A DNA stretch of 64,000 nucleotides from an uncultured SAR86 cluster bacterium (lineage in GTDB: Bacteria > Pseudomonadota > Gammaproteobacteria > Magnimaribacterales > D2472). The translations under genes and the position numbers were made by a program. This document shows, one piece after another, positions 50,620-61,052 of the stretch (the first letter of the stretch is position 1; every line of letters begins with the position of its first letter). The stretch covers positions 6,684-70,683 of the forward strand of contig CAXYBK010000002.1 of assembly GCA_964275345.1 (NCBI GenBank), in the 5' to 3' direction. The notes beneath the pieces were generated by a model, which was given only the letters and a program-made list of their open reading frames with translations, was not told where the DNA came from and ran no database searches.

Positions 50620-51234
50620 ATGATGAATGCTAACTATATCGAATTTTTCTTTGATTGTTCAAGTCCTTGGACATATTTATCTTTTAATGCTTTAAAAAAT
50701 TTGGCTGAAGACCATAATCTTGAACTTAGATATAAACCAATATTAGTTGGAGGTATATTTAATTCCGTGAACCCATCCGTTTATGAAAATAGATCAAAGC
50801 CCATACCAATTAAAGAAAAGTACTATCTTGATGATATTCAAAATTGGGCAGCAAGTAGAGATGTTGTTATTAATTGGCCCAGTATTTTTCCTATTAATTC
50901 TGTAAGAGCAATGCGTGGGTGCCTCTATGCAGAGTCAAATAATACTTTACATCACTATGCTCTCAGTGTTTTCAAGGCATACTGGACAGATGATAAAGAC
51001 ATAAGCTCCAATAAAGTTTTAGAGGATATTTGTTTTGAAAATGATCTTGATTCTAAAAAGTTTTTTGAATTTATTGACATGCCATCAACAAAACAAGAGC
51101 TTATTGATAATTCTAAGGATCTAATCGAAAAGGGTGGTTTTGGTTCACCAACTTTTTTTTATAAAGATAAAATGTTTTTTGGGAATGACAGGCTAGACTT
51201 ATTAGCTAGCCTATTAAAAAAAGAATTAATTTAG
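50620..51234 (+). CDS. 2-hydroxychromene-2-carboxylate isomerase (kappa GST/DsbA-like)
   Basis: EFFFDCSSPWTYL, GFGSPTF, FGNDRL. Confidence 0.9.
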   Translation: MMNANYIEFFFDCSSPWTYLSFNALKNLAEDHNLELRYKPILVGGIFNSVNPSVYENRSKPIPIKEKYYLDDIQNWAASRDVVINWPSIFPINSVRAMRGCLYAESNNTLHHYALSVFKAYWTDDKDISSNKVLEDICFENDLDSKKFFEFIDMPSTKQELIDNSKDLIEKGGFGSPTFFYKDKMFFGNDRLDLLASLLKKELI

Positions 51235-52319
51235 AACCCTTGTACTCTTCCAGCTTCCTCTCTCACTAACTCTGGTGAACCGAGCAATTGTCGATTCATG
51301 CCAATCCTTTTAAACCAGTAATGGAGTCCAAGAAGGTCTGTGAAACCCATGCCGCCATGAACCTCAGTTGCTTTTTTAGCTACCATTTTACTAACCTCTG
51401 ATACATGAGACTTGGATTGGCAAGCCATTAATCTAGCTTCTTCTGGAACATTATTAAAACAATGAGCTGCATGCCAAACAATTGCATAGCAAGGTTCTAA
51501 TTCTGCTGCCATCTCGGCACACATATGTTTTACAGCCTGAAAAGATCCTATCACTCTTCCAAACTGCTTCCGTTCTTTTGCATATTCAACAGATTTATCA
51601 ATCATAACCTGAGAGGCTCCCACACTATCTGCCGCTAACATTATTCTTCCAGCATCAATAGTTTTAGTAATAGCCTCTGCACTTTGAGAAGAGTTTTCTA
51701 AAACATCGACATCTGCATTATTAAGCAAAATCTCAAAATAACCTCTAGTTTTATCAACAGAAGTTAATTTAACTAACTCAACTTCAGCATCTTCAGCACG
51801 CACAATACACATAACACCGTTTTTGTCAGCCAATACAAAATGAGACGCGTGATCTCCATCAATAACAAATAAAGCTCTTCCACTTGCTTTACTTCCATCA
51901 ATCTCAATACCGGCATCCTCACGAGCTGCTATATATTCTGTTAAACCCACACCAAAACTAATTTCATTTGATGCAATCTTATTAAGATATTCCTTTTTTT
52001 GAGAGTTGCTTCCACCATGCATGATTGCAAGAGGAGCCATTACATAGGATCCAATAAAAGGAATAGGTGCAACACCTGATCCTAGGCCTTCTGATACTGC
52101 TGCAGCAAAAAGAAGATCTAATTCTAATCCTCCGTACTCTTCTGGAATTAATAGGGCATTTAGACCTAAATTAATAAGCCCTTGATGAATTTCTTTTTGA
52201 AGCTCTTCACCTTCTCCGGCAGTAATCCTTCTTATTACATCAAGCGATGATTGATCTTCAAGAAATTTTTTTACATTGTCTTGAAAAAATACTTGATCTT
52301 CAGATAATCCAAAATACAT
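51231..52319 (-). CDS. Acyl-CoA dehydrogenase, short partner subunit
   Basis: R.QFGR.IGSFQAVKH, VHGGMGFT; lacks the SEP..GSD FAD motif. Confidence 0.88.
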   Translation of the reverse strand: MYFGLSEDQVFFQDNVKKFLEDQSSLDVIRRITAGEGEELQKEIHQGLINLGLNALLIPEEYGGLELDLLFAAAVSEGLGSGVAPIPFIGSYVMAPLAIMHGGSNSQKKEYLNKIASNEISFGVGLTEYIAAREDAGIEIDGSKASGRALFVIDGDHASHFVLADKNGVMCIVRAEDAEVELVKLTSVDKTRGYFEILLNNADVDVLENSSQSAEAITKTIDAGRIMLAADSVGASQVMIDKSVEYAKERKQFGRVIGSFQAVKHMCAEMAAELEPCYAIVWHAAHCFNNVPEEARLMACQSKSHVSEVSKMVAKKATEVHGGMGFTDLLGLHYWFKRIGMNRQLLGSPELVREEAGRVQGF

Positions 52320-52320
52320 C

Positions 52321-53544
52321 TTAAACTCCTTGAACCTTAGGTTCTCTTGGAAGGCCTAAACCTCTTTCTGAAATTATATTTTTTTGAATCTGGCTAGTTC
52401 CACCACCTATTATTAAACCCAGAAAATACATGTAAGTGAACTGCCAAGATCCTCCATCTCTCAAGTGGGGACTATCTTCATATAAAGTTCCTAATTCACC
52501 CATTATGTCTATACCCAGACCCTCAAGTTCGTGTCTTAATTCAGTCCCAATTAATTTTTGAATCATTTTGCCAACTTTGACATCCTGACCAGGATTTAAT
52601 TTTGCGGACAATACCCTTAAGGCATGAGATTGAAATGCCATAACTTTGCCCTGCACTTGGAGCAATCTATCTCTGTAGATAGGGTTTTCAATTAGAGTTT
52701 CTCCATTTATTGTTTCTTTTTTCATCCTTTCGATTAGCATATTTAATCTATTCATAGTTGCATTTGGGTTAGCAAGAGATCCTCTTTCATGACCTAAAGT
52801 TGCATTTGCAACAGCCCAACCTTCGCCTCTACTTCCCACTATATTGTCTCCAGGAATAGTAACGTCAGTAAAAAATACTTCATTAAATCCTGCTTTAAGT
52901 GTCATATCTACTAAAGGCCTTATTTCTAAACCAGGTGTATCCATTGGAACTAATAAATAACTAATTCCTGCATGCTTTGAAGCTTCTGGCTCTGTTCTTA
53001 CTAGGCAAAACATCATTTGAGAATATTGTGCTGTACTAGTCCAAATCTTTTGCCCATTAATAACCCATTGATCATCAATTAACTCGCCTTTAGTTTGCAA
53101 GCTAGCTAAGTCACTCCCGGCATTAGGTTCTGAATAGCCTTGGCACCATATCATTTCTCCATAAAGCGTCGGCTTTATGTATTTATTTTTTTGCTCTTCT
53201 GTTCCAAGTTCTAGCAATGTTGGAACAAGCATATCAATTCCTTGACCTCCCATTGGTCCTGGAATACCTGAATTTGAAAATTCAGTCGCCGCAATCCTGC
53301 TCTTTATTACATCTGATTCCCCACCAAATCCGCCATACTCTTTTGGAATAGATCTTGCAAAATAGCCGTTTTCAATTAGAGTCTTTTGCCAATCTGATCT
53401 CGACATTGAAGGGCCGCCAGATTTATTATTTTGAGCTAGAGGCACTTTAGCCGAATCACTAAATTGAATACCTTTATATTTATTACAGAAGGCCTGAACT
53501 TCTTTTTTATAGTCTTCATATTGCGGCCCGTATTCTAAATTCAT
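52321..53544 (-). CDS. Acyl-CoA dehydrogenase, catalytic subunit
   Basis: WCQGYSEPNAGSDLASL, NGQKIWTS, FNEVFF, TLGHER, IGGGTSQIQKNII. Confidence 0.92.
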   Translation of the reverse strand: MNLEYGPQYEDYKKEVQAFCNKYKGIQFSDSAKVPLAQNNKSGGPSMSRSDWQKTLIENGYFARSIPKEYGGFGGESDVIKSRIAATEFSNSGIPGPMGGQGIDMLVPTLLELGTEEQKNKYIKPTLYGEMIWCQGYSEPNAGSDLASLQTKGELIDDQWVINGQKIWTSTAQYSQMMFCLVRTEPEASKHAGISYLLVPMDTPGLEIRPLVDMTLKAGFNEVFFTDVTIPGDNIVGSRGEGWAVANATLGHERGSLANPNATMNRLNMLIERMKKETINGETLIENPIYRDRLLQVQGKVMAFQSHALRVLSAKLNPGQDVKVGKMIQKLIGTELRHELEGLGIDIMGELGTLYEDSPHLRDGGSWQFTYMYFLGLIIGGGTSQIQKNIISERGLGLPREPKVQGV

Positions 53545-53547
53545 AAT

Positions 53548-54351
53548 TTACTCCTTATTAACCTTATCCCAATCTGGTTCTCTTTTTTCTAAGAATGCAG
53601 CAATACCTTCTTTAGCATCGTCACCCTCAAAACATTTAGCAATTTGTTTTTGCAGATAAGGTAGAGCTTCATCAAAACTCATAGCATCCTGTTTTTCATA
53701 GGCCTCTAGACCAAATTGCATAGTACCCGGAGCTAGGCTTGCTAGTTCATTTGCAAGATTACTTACCCTAGCATTTAAATCTTCGCTATTAACAGACTCA
53801 TTAATTAAACCCCATTGCTCTGCTTTATCTGCATCTATTGGCTGCCCCCTCATTACAAAATCTAACCCAGCTCTTTTAGGCATAACTCTAAATAAACCTG
53901 CCATGACCATAAAGGGCCATAATCCACGCTTAATTTCTGGGGCAGAAAATGTTGCTTCTTTAACAGCTATAGCGTGAGTTGAATTTGTAACCATTAAAAG
54001 TGCACCAGCTAATACTGAACCTTGAATTTTGCATATAACTGGTTTGTATAGGTGTCTTAAAGCTAGACTTATATCATTTGCATTTTCTAATACAGGAACA
54101 TTTGATTCTGATTTTTCTCTTCTTAAATCAGCCCCTGCACAAAAAACATCACCCTCAGCAGCAATAATTACTACTCTTACAGATCTTTCTTGTTTTGCAT
54201 AAGCTAATGCATAGTTAATTTCATTCATCATTACATTATTTAATGCATTCTTTTTTTCTGGTCGGTTAAGAATAATGGTCAGTATGTTATTAGAAACATC
54301 TATTTTAGTAGCTTGAAAGATTAATCCCTCTAGTGATAATTTATCAGACAT
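53548..54351 (-). CDS. Enoyl-CoA hydratase (AtuE/LiuC-like)
   Basis: LNRPEKKNAL, FCAGADL, PEIKRGL, EGIAAFLEKR. Confidence 0.88.
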   Translation of the reverse strand: MSDKLSLEGLIFQATKIDVSNNILTIILNRPEKKNALNNVMMNEINYALAYAKQERSVRVVIIAAEGDVFCAGADLRREKSESNVPVLENANDISLALRHLYKPVICKIQGSVLAGALLMVTNSTHAIAVKEATFSAPEIKRGLWPFMVMAGLFRVMPKRAGLDFVMRGQPIDADKAEQWGLINESVNSEDLNARVSNLANELASLAPGTMQFGLEAYEKQDAMSFDEALPYLQKQIAKCFEGDDAKEGIAAFLEKREPDWDKVNKE

Positions 54352-56124
54352 TTAAGACTCCTTCATTATTGAATTTGGTATATCTATTATTTTAGCTCTT
54401 AAGTATTCACCTAATGATTTTGCTTGCCCATCTTTCCTATTATTTGATGAGACTCCATCTTCTAGTATGTCGTGAATATAAAAGTTTAAGGACTTAATAT
54501 TTGGAAGATCATATCTATCGATTTCGAAGTTGTTTAGATCAGGTAGTAATTCTTTGAGCTTCTCAATAGTTAAGAACTCAAATAAGAAAGAATAGGCCAA
54601 GTCGGTCTTTGCCCAAACCCCTAAGTTAGCGCAACCACCTTTATCACCTGATCTTGCACCATATAAAGTTCCAAGAGGACTCTTCTGAGTTTCACCTCCA
54701 AGCGCCGGAGCTATTTCAATTGGATTTTTTTGATAAAAATTTTCTTTAAAACCCATTTGACTCGTTGGAATTACTTCAATTGTCTCTCCATTTAGGTGAA
54801 CATATTCTTTGATGTATTTACTATCCACCAGCGCTGGCCAATAGACAATAACCGGTCCAGGCTTTTTCCCACCACCTCCAGAAAAGAAACCTGGATAATT
54901 TGCCAAAGATAATTCAATTATTTTTGCACTAAATAATCTGCCCACTAAATCAGGATTCATAGATTTGACTGCAATTGATAATGTTGCCATAGCCTCTTCG
55001 TTAGAATTTGGATTTTCTTTATCGGTTCTATGTAAATTAATTGAAACATCATCAAATTGTTCTTTTCCTCCGACTGAGTTAAACAAAGCATTTGTAAATG
55101 CATCAGCTTTTTCTTCAATATCTAGACCAGTTAGAACAAGATCCATGCCATTTCTGTATCCGCCAGCAAGATTAATGCATGCTTTGTGGGTTGGAGGAGG
55201 GTTGCTGCCTCTGCATCCTGAAACATAAACTCTATCCTCATCTTCTTGCTCAATAGAAAGGGTATCGAAATGACCAATAACATCTGGATTTAGGTAAGCT
55301 GGCGAACTAATTTCATAAAGAAGTTGTGCGGTAACAGTTCCAACTGAAACCAACCCACCGGTTCCTGGATGTTTAGTGATGGTAAAACTTCCATCATTTT
55401 CTATTTCAGCAATTGGATAACCAACATTATCAAAACTTGGTACTTCTTTAAAAAAAGAATAATTTCCTCCAGTTGCCTGACAACCGCATTCTATAATGTG
55501 ACCAGCAGCAAGCGCACCTGCAAGAGAGTCGTAATCTGTTCTCTTCCATCCAAACTTCCACGCAGCTGGTCCAATAACAACAGCTGCATCTGTAACTCTA
55601 GGGCATACAACAATATCAGCACCTTTGTCTAAAGCTTCCTTAATACCCCAAGCTCCTAAGTATGCATTTGCAGTAAGGGTCTGACATCCAGAATCTACCA
55701 AGGGTATATTTTTGTCCATATTAGTGAATAACTCTCCCGAATTATTTAATTCTGAAATTCTAGGCATAAGATCATCACCATCTATATATGCAACTTTTAG
55801 ATCTATAGATAATTCTTCTAATATTTTTTCTATTTCTAAAGCCATAGAGGAAGGATTCAGCCCTCCAGCATTAGTAACAATTTTTATATTTTTTTCTTTA
55901 CAAGATTGAGCTACATCTTTTACTTGCTTTAAAAAAGTACCAACATAGCCTTTGTCGTCTCCTCTTTGCATTTTTTGATTAAAAAGAATGGTCATAGTTA
56001 ATTCAGCAAGATAATCTCCAGTAAGAACATCTATAGGACCTCCATCAACCATTTCTTTAGCTGCGGATAGCTTATCTCCATAATACCCACTGCAATTAGC
56101 TATTTTTATTACGTCTTTACTCAT
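54352..56124 (-). CDS. atuA: Acyclic terpene utilisation AtuA family protein
   Basis: IANCSGYYGD, GDYLAELT, NAGGLNP, RVTDA, AGHIIECG.QATGGN, ARSGDKGG..N, DGQAKSLGE; ATG 56124 has GGAG upstream. Confidence 0.88.
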   Translation of the reverse strand: MSKDVIKIANCSGYYGDKLSAAKEMVDGGPIDVLTGDYLAELTMTILFNQKMQRGDDKGYVGTFLKQVKDVAQSCKEKNIKIVTNAGGLNPSSMALEIEKILEELSIDLKVAYIDGDDLMPRISELNNSGELFTNMDKNIPLVDSGCQTLTANAYLGAWGIKEALDKGADIVVCPRVTDAAVVIGPAAWKFGWKRTDYDSLAGALAAGHIIECGCQATGGNYSFFKEVPSFDNVGYPIAEIENDGSFTITKHPGTGGLVSVGTVTAQLLYEISSPAYLNPDVIGHFDTLSIEQEDEDRVYVSGCRGSNPPPTHKACINLAGGYRNGMDLVLTGLDIEEKADAFTNALFNSVGGKEQFDDVSINLHRTDKENPNSNEEAMATLSIAVKSMNPDLVGRLFSAKIIELSLANYPGFFSGGGGKKPGPVIVYWPALVDSKYIKEYVHLNGETIEVIPTSQMGFKENFYQKNPIEIAPALGGETQKSPLGTLYGARSGDKGGCANLGVWAKTDLAYSFLFEFLTIEKLKELLPDLNNFEIDRYDLPNIKSLNFYIHDILEDGVSSNNRKDGQAKSLGEYLRAKIIDIPNSIMKES

Positions 56125-56125
56125 C

Positions 56126-56737
56126 TTATTTCTCCAACCTAATACCATTTAAAATTATTTCAGTAATAGAATTTGCAGATTTCTCAGGAGAATCTGAAAG
56201 CTTTGCAACATTTACATCTTTTGCAAAGTCTCTTCCTATTCCTCCTAATAAAAGTGCAAACGCTTGTGTATCAATTGCTCTAATCTCTTTTTGAGTCACA
56301 GCAGCATCTAATAATTCTTTAGTAAAAGAGATAATATAATCTTCGTGATAATCAATCATTTCTTTTGATTTATTATTGTTACCCAAGTTTTGAAGATAGA
56401 CTTTAAATTTCGGACCTACTGCTTGATTAGCATGCTGTAAATATCTTTTTAATTTTTCTACAGGAGAATTTATATTAGCAATTATATCTAAGGCTTCTTT
56501 GCCTAATTTCATCAAAATTCTATTAACTGTCATTCTTATTAAGTGATCTTTACTAGGAGCAATCTCATAAAGTGTTCTTAAAGATACTTTTAATTTAGCT
56601 GCCAATTCCGACATTGTTAAATCAGGAATACCTTTTTCTAACATCAACTCTAATTTATCAATTACTTGTTTATGTTTATCTGTAAGAGGTTTTACAGATT
56701 TTCCTGAAATGATTTTAATTTTTTCAGTTACATGCAT
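56126..56737 (-). CDS. TetR/AcrR family regulator
   Basis: LTMSELAAKLKVSLRTLYE...SKD. Confidence 0.88.
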   Translation of the reverse strand: MHVTEKIKIISGKSVKPLTDKHKQVIDKLELMLEKGIPDLTMSELAAKLKVSLRTLYEIAPSKDHLIRMTVNRILMKLGKEALDIIANINSPVEKLKRYLQHANQAVGPKFKVYLQNLGNNNKSKEMIDYHEDYIISFTKELLDAAVTQKEIRAIDTQAFALLLGGIGRDFAKDVNVAKLSDSPEKSANSITEIILNGIRLEK

Positions 56738-56740
56738 TAT

Positions 56741-58669
56741 CTAATGAGAATCAAGAACCATTAACAAGGCACCATTTTCGACTTGGTCATTGCCGCTTAT
56801 AAATAATTCACTTATAACTCCATCTTCAGAAGCTTTGATAGAGTGCTCCATTTTCATTGCTTCTAGAATAACTAAGGTGTCGCCAGCTTTTACCTTAGAG
56901 CCTTTTTTAACTTTTAAATCTATAACCGTTCCTGGCATAGGCGCTACGAGACCGCCAGCTTGAACCTCTAATCCTGGAACAATAAATCTTGGAAGAATCT
57001 CGAGCAAAACATCACCAAAAGGCATATGCACGAGGACTTGATTTTTATGAATAGTTACCTTCGAAAAATGTCTTCTGCCATCAAACTCAAGATCAATTCC
57101 ATTTTCGTAACATTCATAAATAAATGCTACCGAGGAATCATGTATCTTAAAGGATCCATCTCTTTTTCCTTTGTAAGTAACATTAATTTCATCTTCTTTA
57201 TATTTAAATTTAATATTCTGTCTTGGTGTTCTTCCATTCGTCCAGCCTGAAGGCAAGTGACCTAAAACATCATCATGTAATCTATTTAATTCCTGTATCC
57301 ATAACGCAGCTATAGCAGTTACATGTTTGATTTGTTCGTCACTTAAAACCAATGCCCTAGGCGGCTTTACTCTATCGATAAAATCAGTAGTGGTATCACC
57401 ATCTAAAAATTCCTGTGTTTTTAAAGTCGCAACTAGAAAATCTCTATTCGTAGTAAGTCCTCCGATATGAGCTGCCTCTAATGCTCTAGCTAGCTTTGTT
57501 GCCGCATCAGTCCTTGTTGCGCCATATGAAATAACTTTAGCTAACATTGGATCAAAAGATGTACCAACTATCGATCCTGACTCTACTCCAGAATCCCAAC
57601 GAGCCTCAGCCTCATAGTCTTCTTCAAATGCTATTAAAGTTCCTGTTTCAGGCAAAAAGTCATTGTCAGGATCTTCAGCATATAATCTGGCTTCAATGGA
57701 ATGTCCATTCCAACTAATGTCACTTTGCTCATAGCCCAACTCTTCGCCTCTAGCTATTCTTAACTGCTCATAAACAAGATCCATATCTGTAACTTCTTCA
57801 GTGACAGGATGTTCTACTTGCAACCTAGTATTAACTTCAAGAAACCAGAATTCTCCAGTTTTATCATCAAACAGAAACTCCACAGTTCCAGCAGACTGAT
57901 ATTTAATTTTTTTTGCAAGCTTAACTGCTGCTAAACCCATAGCTTCTCTTATCTCAGGAGATACCCTTGGTGAAGGAGACTCTTCTATAATTTTTTGATG
58001 CCTTCTTTGAATAGAACACTCTCTTTCACCTAGGTGAACTATATTCCCATGAGAATCCCCTAGAATTTGTATTTCGATATGTCGAGATTTTTCAACATAC
58101 CTTTCTATAAAAACTCTCTCATCTCCAAATCCAGATTTAGCCTCTCTTTGAGCGCTTACTATTGCTTCTTTGAGATCCTTTTGTGATTGAACTATTCTCA
58201 TTCCTTTTCCACCACCGCCAGCCGCAGCTTTGATCAAAAGCGGATACCCAATATTTTTGGCTTCTCCAGGTTTTGATGTCATTGGAAGGGTAGGGACGTC
58301 AGCTTTTGAAGCTAACTCTTTAGCTTTTAATTTATCTCCCATAACAGAAATAACATGAGCAGATGGTCCAACCCAGACAATCTTTTCTTTAAGAACTTTT
58401 CTGGCAAAAGACGCATTTTCAGATAAAAAACCATAGCCAGGATGAATTGCCTGTGCGCCAGTTCTCTTTGCAGCATCAAGAATAAGGTTTCCATCAAGAT
58501 AACCTCCATCTGGAAGACGAAAAGCTTCATCAGCTGCTCTTACAAAGGGTGCATCTGCATCTGCATCAACATATACAGCAATACATTTGATACCCATCTC
58601 ATGGGCAGTTTCTATTATCCTGACAGCTATTTCGCCTCTATTAGCGATAAGTAGTGAATTAAAAATCAT
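56741..58669 (-). CDS. Acyl-CoA carboxylase alpha subunit (biotin carboxylase + BCCP; AtuF/LiuD-like)
   Basis: ANRGEIA, HPGYGFLSEN, GGGGKGMR, RLQVEH, EAMKME. Confidence 0.92.
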   Translation of the reverse strand: MIFNSLLIANRGEIAVRIIETAHEMGIKCIAVYVDADADAPFVRAADEAFRLPDGGYLDGNLILDAAKRTGAQAIHPGYGFLSENASFARKVLKEKIVWVGPSAHVISVMGDKLKAKELASKADVPTLPMTSKPGEAKNIGYPLLIKAAAGGGGKGMRIVQSQKDLKEAIVSAQREAKSGFGDERVFIERYVEKSRHIEIQILGDSHGNIVHLGERECSIQRRHQKIIEESPSPRVSPEIREAMGLAAVKLAKKIKYQSAGTVEFLFDDKTGEFWFLEVNTRLQVEHPVTEEVTDMDLVYEQLRIARGEELGYEQSDISWNGHSIEARLYAEDPDNDFLPETGTLIAFEEDYEAEARWDSGVESGSIVGTSFDPMLAKVISYGATRTDAATKLARALEAAHIGGLTTNRDFLVATLKTQEFLDGDTTTDFIDRVKPPRALVLSDEQIKHVTAIAALWIQELNRLHDDVLGHLPSGWTNGRTPRQNIKFKYKEDEINVTYKGKRDGSFKIHDSSVAFIYECYENGIDLEFDGRRHFSKVTIHKNQVLVHMPFGDVLLEILPRFIVPGLEVQAGGLVAPMPGTVIDLKVKKGSKVKAGDTLVILEAMKMEHSIKASEDGVISELFISGNDQVENGALLMVLDSH

Positions 58670-60324
58670 AGTCTAAATACCCCATATTCATTTGCACCTT
58701 CAATCGGAATATTACTAACGACTGATAAGCAGAACCCTAATATTGTTCGAGTATCTCTTGGGTCAATAATTCCATCATCAGTGACCATGCTGCTGGCAAC
58801 TAGTCCATGAGACATTCCTTCTGCTGCAGCTTCAACCATTTTTCGTATTTGCGCATCAGCTTTTTCATCAAACTTTTCACCAGTTCTTTTTGCTTTAGCT
58901 TTTCTAACTATAGACATGACTCGAGCAATCTGCTCAGGCCCCATAACTGCTATTTTTGCTGTAGGCCATAAGAAAGTGAAGCGATTATTGTAAGCTTGTC
59001 CAGACATAGCATAAGTTCCAGCTCCATATGAAGCACCAATAATAATTGTTATATGAGGAACCATCGAATTAGAAACAGAATTAATTAATTGAGAACCTTT
59101 TTTGATAATTGCCTGTCTCTCAAAATCTTTACCTACCAAGAACCCAGTAACATTCTGTAAAAAGATAAGCGGAATATTTCTTTTATTACATAATTGAACA
59201 AAGGTCGCAGCTTTTTCTGCACACTCTGGATAAATAGGCCCATTATTTCCAACTATTCCAACCTGATAGCCATGAACACTTGCCCAGCCACATATCATAG
59301 TAGGGCCATATAAAGATTTATATTCTTCAAATTGTGAGCCATCTGTAAATCGTGCAATTACTTCTCTTATATCTACTGGAGATTTAAGGTCTTCACTAAT
59401 TAAACCCAAAAGCTCTTCTTGATCAAAAATAGGCTCAGTAGGAATCTTTTTAGGCAAATCACCATCTTTTTTCCAATTTAAATGTGACACAACTTCTCTA
59501 CATATTCTTAAAGCATCCATTTCATCTTCAGCAAGATAATCTGATAAACCAGAAATTTCAGAATGCATTTGAGCACCACCTAAAGTTTCAGCATCTGACT
59601 CCTCACCAGTAGCCGCTTTAACCAAAGGAGGCCCGGCAAGAAAAACTTGAGACTGATCTTTAATAAAAATATTGTAATCGGACATTCCAGGCTGATAGGC
59701 TCCACCAGCAGTAGAAGACCCAAAAACTACAGAAATAACTGGAATTTTAAGTTTAGATAACTCAGTCATCTCATAAAAAAATCTACCTGTTGCTGCAAAG
59801 TGAGTATTTTGAATAGTCGGTGAGATTGGAGCTTGACCACTTATGCTTCCAGTTCCCATGCTCAAGTCACCACCTGCAGATTCAACAAAACTAATAAAAG
59901 GAATTTTATTTTCTCTAGAGATCTCTATAGCTCTTTGCCATTTCGCTCCAACATAAACAGTCATAGCTCCCGCTTTTACAGATGGATCATTACCAAAGAT
60001 TACGCACTCAACACCCGCAACCATTCCTATACCAGAGACACAACCACCTCCAACTGTATAATTAGTTCCATATGCTGCAAAAGGGCTTATTTCTAAAAAA
60101 GGACTATCGTCATCAATTACATTCATTATTCGCTCACGGATAGGCATCTTGCCTCTTTTAGCCAATCTCTCATGATGATAAGCACCACCACCTAATTCAG
60201 CTTGATCTAGCAGATCATCAATAAAATCAAGCTTTTCAAGCATGCTTTGTTTATTTTTTTGATACTCTTCTGATTTTGTATCTAAATTACTTCGAAGTTG
60301 AGGGGCGATATTTTTAGAATGCAT
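58666..60324 (-). CDS. Acyl-CoA carboxylase carboxyltransferase subunit (AtuC/LiuB-like)
   Basis: VESAG, GSSTAGGAYQPGMSD, FLAGPPLVK.ATGE, GASYGAG.YAMSG, DDGIIDPRDTR. Confidence 0.92.
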   Translation of the reverse strand: MHSKNIAPQLRSNLDTKSEEYQKNKQSMLEKLDFIDDLLDQAELGGGAYHHERLAKRGKMPIRERIMNVIDDDSPFLEISPFAAYGTNYTVGGGCVSGIGMVAGVECVIFGNDPSVKAGAMTVYVGAKWQRAIEISRENKIPFISFVESAGGDLSMGTGSISGQAPISPTIQNTHFAATGRFFYEMTELSKLKIPVISVVFGSSTAGGAYQPGMSDYNIFIKDQSQVFLAGPPLVKAATGEESDAETLGGAQMHSEISGLSDYLAEDEMDALRICREVVSHLNWKKDGDLPKKIPTEPIFDQEELLGLISEDLKSPVDIREVIARFTDGSQFEEYKSLYGPTMICGWASVHGYQVGIVGNNGPIYPECAEKAATFVQLCNKRNIPLIFLQNVTGFLVGKDFERQAIIKKGSQLINSVSNSMVPHITIIIGASYGAGTYAMSGQAYNNRFTFLWPTAKIAVMGPEQIARVMSIVRKAKAKRTGEKFDEKADAQIRKMVEAAAEGMSHGLVASSMVTDDGIIDPRDTRTILGFCLSVVSNIPIEGANEYGVFRL

Positions 60325-60427
60325 ATAATAAAATTAAAAAATAATGTAGCTTATGGTAATATAATATTATTAATATTACCACTCAAAAAGAGTACTATTA
60401 ACTTACCCAAATACCCAAGGAGTTTAT

Positions 60428-61051
60428 ATGACAATTAAAATTTATAGTTGTGAAGGTTCAAGAGGAATGCGTCCTATATGGACAGCTGAAGAAATGGGTC
60501 TTAATTATGAAGTGGAGATGATGCCTTTTCCACCACGTTTTCTTCATAAAGAGTTTATGGATATTAATATTTTAGGAACCATACCCTATATGATTGATGG
60601 TGATGTGCGTATGACAGAGTCAGTAGGAATGAGTCAGTACTTTGTAGACACTTATGGTCCAACAGACCTTAAGGTAAATGTAGATGAAGCTGATTACGGT
60701 AATTATTTAAATTGGTTATCACATGCAGATGCTACTTTAACTTTCCCTCAAACCGTAGTACTTAGATACACTCTTCAAGAAATTGGAGTTGCTGATAAAG
60801 CAGCCGAAGGTTATAGACGCTGGTTTGTTGCAAGACTAAAATTATTAGAACAAACTTTGGGTGATAGAGAATATCTTTGTTCAAATAGATTCACAATTGC
60901 AGACATTTGCGTTAGTTATGCATTATTCTTAGCAAAATCTTTAGGGATAGAGGAGGCTTTTAAGCCTAATATTACTCGATGGACAGATATGCTATTTGAA
61001 AGAGAGGCTTTTCAAAAAGCTAAAAGCTTTAAATGGGAGGCGCAAGAATAA
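60428..61051 (+). CDS. Glutathione S-transferase family
   Basis: SRG.R..W..EE, IN.LGTIP...DG...MTES, FTIADI. Confidence 0.9.
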   Translation: MTIKIYSCEGSRGMRPIWTAEEMGLNYEVEMMPFPPRFLHKEFMDINILGTIPYMIDGDVRMTESVGMSQYFVDTYGPTDLKVNVDEADYGNYLNWLSHADATLTFPQTVVLRYTLQEIGVADKAAEGYRRWFVARLKLLEQTLGDREYLCSNRFTIADICVSYALFLAKSLGIEEAFKPNITRWTDMLFEREAFQKAKSFKWEAQE

Positions 61052-61052
61052 A

